A stretch of 64,000 bases of DNA from an uncultured Gammaproteobacteria bacterium (GTDB lineage: Bacteria > Patescibacteriota > Microgenomatia > Levybacterales > GWA1-39-11): contig CAYYLC010000004.1 of the NCBI GenBank assembly GCA_964472415.1, positions 33,110 to 97,109 on the forward strand. The letters run 5' to 3'. The notes beneath the pieces were generated by a model. It did no database searches, was not told the origin of the DNA, and saw only the letters and a program-made list of their open reading frames with translations. The translations under genes and the position numbers were made by a program. Below are positions 61,262 to 64,000 of the stretch, piece by piece (the stretch's first letter is position 1; each line of letters opens with the position of its first letter).

Positions 61262-62572
61262 ATGGAGCAACTTAAATCCATCAAACAAGAACTTATCATT
61301 GTCGGAATCGGAATCTTAGGAATATTTGCCATAATTATTGGTACTATCCCTACAAACATCAGCGCACAAGGGGAAACGAATCTCCGGGTCCCGAAAGAAC
61401 TCGTGGTTACTCCAGGAGAACATGATACTGTCTATGTTTATGAGCTCTCATTCAGGTGGAATCTTTTCACCTGGTATGGGATTGACCAAACACCAGACGA
61501 GGCGCTTGCGACAAGCACAATGGAGAACGGGACAGATCCTGAATCTGTCATCACTGCTATCTATAGCTTTGATGCAGCAACACAAAGTTGGAAAGGGTAT
61601 TTTCCCCGGATGGATCACATCCCTGGGGCAAATGATCTCGAACTCCTCGAGAAGGGAAAAGGATACTTTATCGCTATTCATGAAGTATTCGATACAAAAA
61701 ACGATACAGATATCCTCTGGGGAGTTTGGTCAAATCCAATTGAGAAAACTCCTACACCCACAGAAACCATAGCGGAAACCCCGAGTGCAACAATCACAGA
61801 AACAGTTACTCAGGAGCCGACTTCAACACCAACACCGACACCGACAAGAACAGTTACGAATACACCAACCGTAACGCCAACAATGACAGCAACAATAACG
61901 GCAACCACAACACCGACACCAAGCCCTACAAACACCGTAACACCAACACCAACACCAACACCAACACCAACACCAACTCATACTCAGGAGCCGACTTCAA
62001 CACCAACACCAACACCGACAAGAACAGTTACGAATACACCAACCGTAACGCCAACAATGACAGCAACAATAACGGCAACCACAACACCGACACCAAGCCC
62101 TACAAACACCGTAACACCAACACCAACTAATACTCAGGAGCCGACTTCAACACCAACACCGAACTGTGAACGACTTGGGGGATCTACGTATACGGGTAAC
62201 TTCATCAATGAGCCACCGGATGCGCAAGATGTTTTCGTAACTCACCGACGCCCTTGCCAAGGGGATATAGTAACAGTGCGTGCGACGTTCAGCCCCGACT
62301 CACCAATTTCCGGTATGTATTTCAGATTTGCATTGGGAGATGAGTCTGAGGGACGATCAATGTCATGCATGGGAAAATATCCTATGCAAAACGTCGGGAA
62401 TAATGTATGGGAAGCAACGGTAGCCTATACGCAAACTGCACGCTATGCATTCGGCTATCAAATAGTAGCTGCAAATCCAGAGGGCAATATTGCCTTTACA
62501 GAACTTTCAACAGGAGGTAGCGGGGGATATTTCAATTACTCTAGCTGCAAGAATCCACCGGACGCACCATAA
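61262..62572 (+). CDS. Secreted protein with long Pro/Thr linker
   Basis: N-terminal TM/signal; WNL...[10 protein letters not shown]...LE.GKGYFI domain; (TP)n linker; C-terminal Cys-containing beta domain. Confidence 0.8.
   Translation: MEQLKSIKQELIIVGIGILGIFAIIIGTIPTNISAQGETNLRVPKELVVTPGEHDTVYVYELSFRWNLFTWYGIDQTPDEALATSTMENGTDPESVITAIYSFDAATQSWKGYFPRMDHIPGANDLELLEKGKGYFIAIHEVFDTKNDTDILWGVWSNPIEKTPTPTETIAETPSATITETVTQEPTSTPTPTPTRTVTNTPTVTPTMTATITATTTPTPSPTNTVTPTPTPTPTPTPTHTQEPTSTPTPTPTRTVTNTPTVTPTMTATITATTTPTPSPTNTVTPTPTNTQEPTSTPTPNCERLGGSTYTGNFINEPPDAQDVFVTHRRPCQGDIVTVRATFSPDSPISGMYFRFALGDESEGRSMSCMGKYPMQNVGNNVWEATVAYTQTARYAFGYQIVAANPEGNIAFTELSTGGSGGYFNYSSCKNPPDAP
61807..62160 (+). repeat. 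Tandem duplication (174-bp period) and ACACCA microsatellite in the PT linker
   Basis: TACTCAGGAGCCGACTTCAACACCAACACC starts at 61807, 61981 and 62131. Confidence 0.85.
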
Positions 62573-62599
62573 ATAATCGTGCCTAGATCGAAACCTTTT

Positions 62600-62632
62600 G
62601 TGCTGGATGGGAGTCTTCCTCCCCTCCAGCAC
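62600..62632. terminator. GC-rich hairpin between convergent genes
   Basis: GTGCTGGA-T-GGGAG / CTCCC-C-TCCAGCAC. Confidence 0.6.
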
Positions 62633-62805
62633 ACTACTCTACCAAAATCTCAATAAAAATATCCATTAAAACAAGACTCCAAATAGAATGTTAAAAATCT
62701 TAATCGAAAGGGGCGCTCTATATCTGAAATCCACATGAAGCATCCCCCATATATAGCCAGAAGATGCAAAAATATCACTACTTATACGGATAATTTCAAA
62801 AACTA

Positions 62806-64000
62806 CTACAAACCACTAATGCCCAATATAGTTAAGGAGTCTGAAAATATTGCTGCCACATACGCATAGCCACCTGAAACATGTACAACTTGAGGCCCAT
62901 TCATATTTGTACTGTCAGTATATGAGTCCTTAACTACTGGACTAGCAGGATTTGTAATATCTATAAGGATGAGGCTATCCGAACTGCTACTGGCTATGTA
63001 TGCATAATTTCCAGAGGTATATATTGAAGTTACACCGCCACCAGAGCCAAAATTTGAAGAAGGGATTTCAGATACTTTTACAGGACTTGTAGGGTTTGAG
63101 ATGTCTGCAATGATAAAGTCCCCAACAAGATATTCTCCTAAATACAAATAGTTCCCATCTATATGAAGATTTTGAAATCCAAGACCAATTGAAGGCATGG
63201 CATCTGCTGACACAATACTTGGTGATGCTGGATTTGAAATATCGATAATTGAAAGATTGCTACTATTCATGCTTATTACATACGCATAATTCCCTGAAAC
63301 AACTACATTGCTGGGTGCATTAAGATTTGTAGAGTCAATTACTGATCCAACAATGGTAGGATTTGCTGGGTTTGAGATGTCAATAACTACGAGAGAATCG
63401 CTGCCTTGAGCCGTCATATACGCATAATTCCCTGAAACATATACAGAATTAGCAAAATCCAAGCGTGTAGAATCGGCAACTGATCCAACAATGGTAGGAT
63501 TTGCTGGGTTTGAGATGTTAATAACTGAAAGAGAATCACTCGTTCTCCCCGCAACATACGCATAATTCCCTGAAACAGCTAAACCGTCAGGCCACAGCGT
63601 AGGGTCAGTCATTGATCCAACAATGGTAGGATTTGCTGGGTTTGAGATGTCAATAACTGAAAGAGACTGGCTATTTAAACTCGTAACATACGCATAACTC
63701 CCTGAGGCTACTACGTCATTGGCTCCATCAAGATTTGTAGAGTCGATTAATGATCCTGCAAGTACTATTTCAGCGCAGGAATTTGTAAGAGAATACGCAT
63801 TATCATCACAATCAAGCACTGGATTATTTACTATTCGAGAATAATAATTATAGTTCGTACTTATTGTATTCCGCCTTGCACCACCCTCAGGCTGTGCACC
63901 CACATACTGCTCACTGTTTGCAATATATCCATCACCGTCAGCATCAATAACCCAAATAGCGCCAGATCGCAAAGAACCTGCAGGAGACACCGTGATATAG
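62806..64000 (-). CDS. LVIVD-repeat (7-blade propeller) surface protein, 5' end outside window
   Basis: Seven SG.YAY.....L..IDISNPA.P repeats; DADGDGY and DCDDN motifs. Confidence 0.85.
   Translation of the reverse strand, partial: YITVSPAGSLRSGAIWVIDADGDGYIANSEQYVGAQPEGGARRNTISTNYNYYSRIVNNPVLDCDDNAYSLTNSCAEIVLAGSLIDSTNLDGANDVVASGSYAYVTSLNSQSLSVIDISNPANPTIVGSMTDPTLWPDGLAVSGNYAYVAGRTSDSLSVINISNPANPTIVGSVADSTRLDFANSVYVSGNYAYMTAQGSDSLVVIDISNPANPTIVGSVIDSTNLNAPSNVVVSGNYAYVISMNSSNLSIIDISNPASPSIVSADAMPSIGLGFQNLHIDGNYLYLGEYLVGDFIIADISNPTSPVKVSEIPSSNFGSGGGVTSIYTSGNYAYIASSSSDSLILIDITNPASPVVKDSYTDSTNMNGPQVVHVSGGYAYVAAIFSDSLTILGISGL

Noticed and set aside
2017-61772. Numerous short antisense or alternate-frame ORFs in the track (e.g. 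2017, 7036, 31496, 35831, 55407, 61338)
   Set aside because: Shadows of well-supported genes, with no motifs or RBS
56515-62160. CRISPR array
   Set aside because: The repeats are in-frame coding repeats (LVIVD, Pro/Thr) without unique spacers; no cas genes

Overview
AT-rich bacterial chromosome segment (standard code, TGA used as stop). Gene content and style point to a Patescibacteria/CPR genome, probably Microgenomates (inference from split comEC, a RAYT, a BldC-like HTH, giant surface proteins and many leaderless-looking genes). Housekeeping genes: rplK (partial), rplA, pgk, class II aldolase, era, uppS, rnhB, rpmG (missed by the ORF track), uppP, mreB, comEA/comEC, leuS and five tRNAs (Trp, Tyr and all three Thr isoacceptors). 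Between them lie orphan-gene islets and two WxL/DUF916-like surface-protein loci. The strongest candidate for an undescribed system is a 2160-aa protein (53452-59934). It joins two tyrosine-recombinase core-binding (SAM-like) domains, with no catalytic domain, through a transmembrane helix to a huge tail-fibre/adhesin-like ectodomain (7 LVIVD blades, intramolecular-chaperone-like motif), and it has repeated motifs upstream. Other signals are a heavily base-paired ~375-nt transcript bounded by a promoter and terminator (24110-24485), recurrent promoter-(hairpin)-boxA leaders before orphan cassettes, a translationally coupled micro-peptide chain, and a 138-bp identical tract between two surface-protein paralogs. 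All family assignments are by-eye motif recognition; no searches were run.
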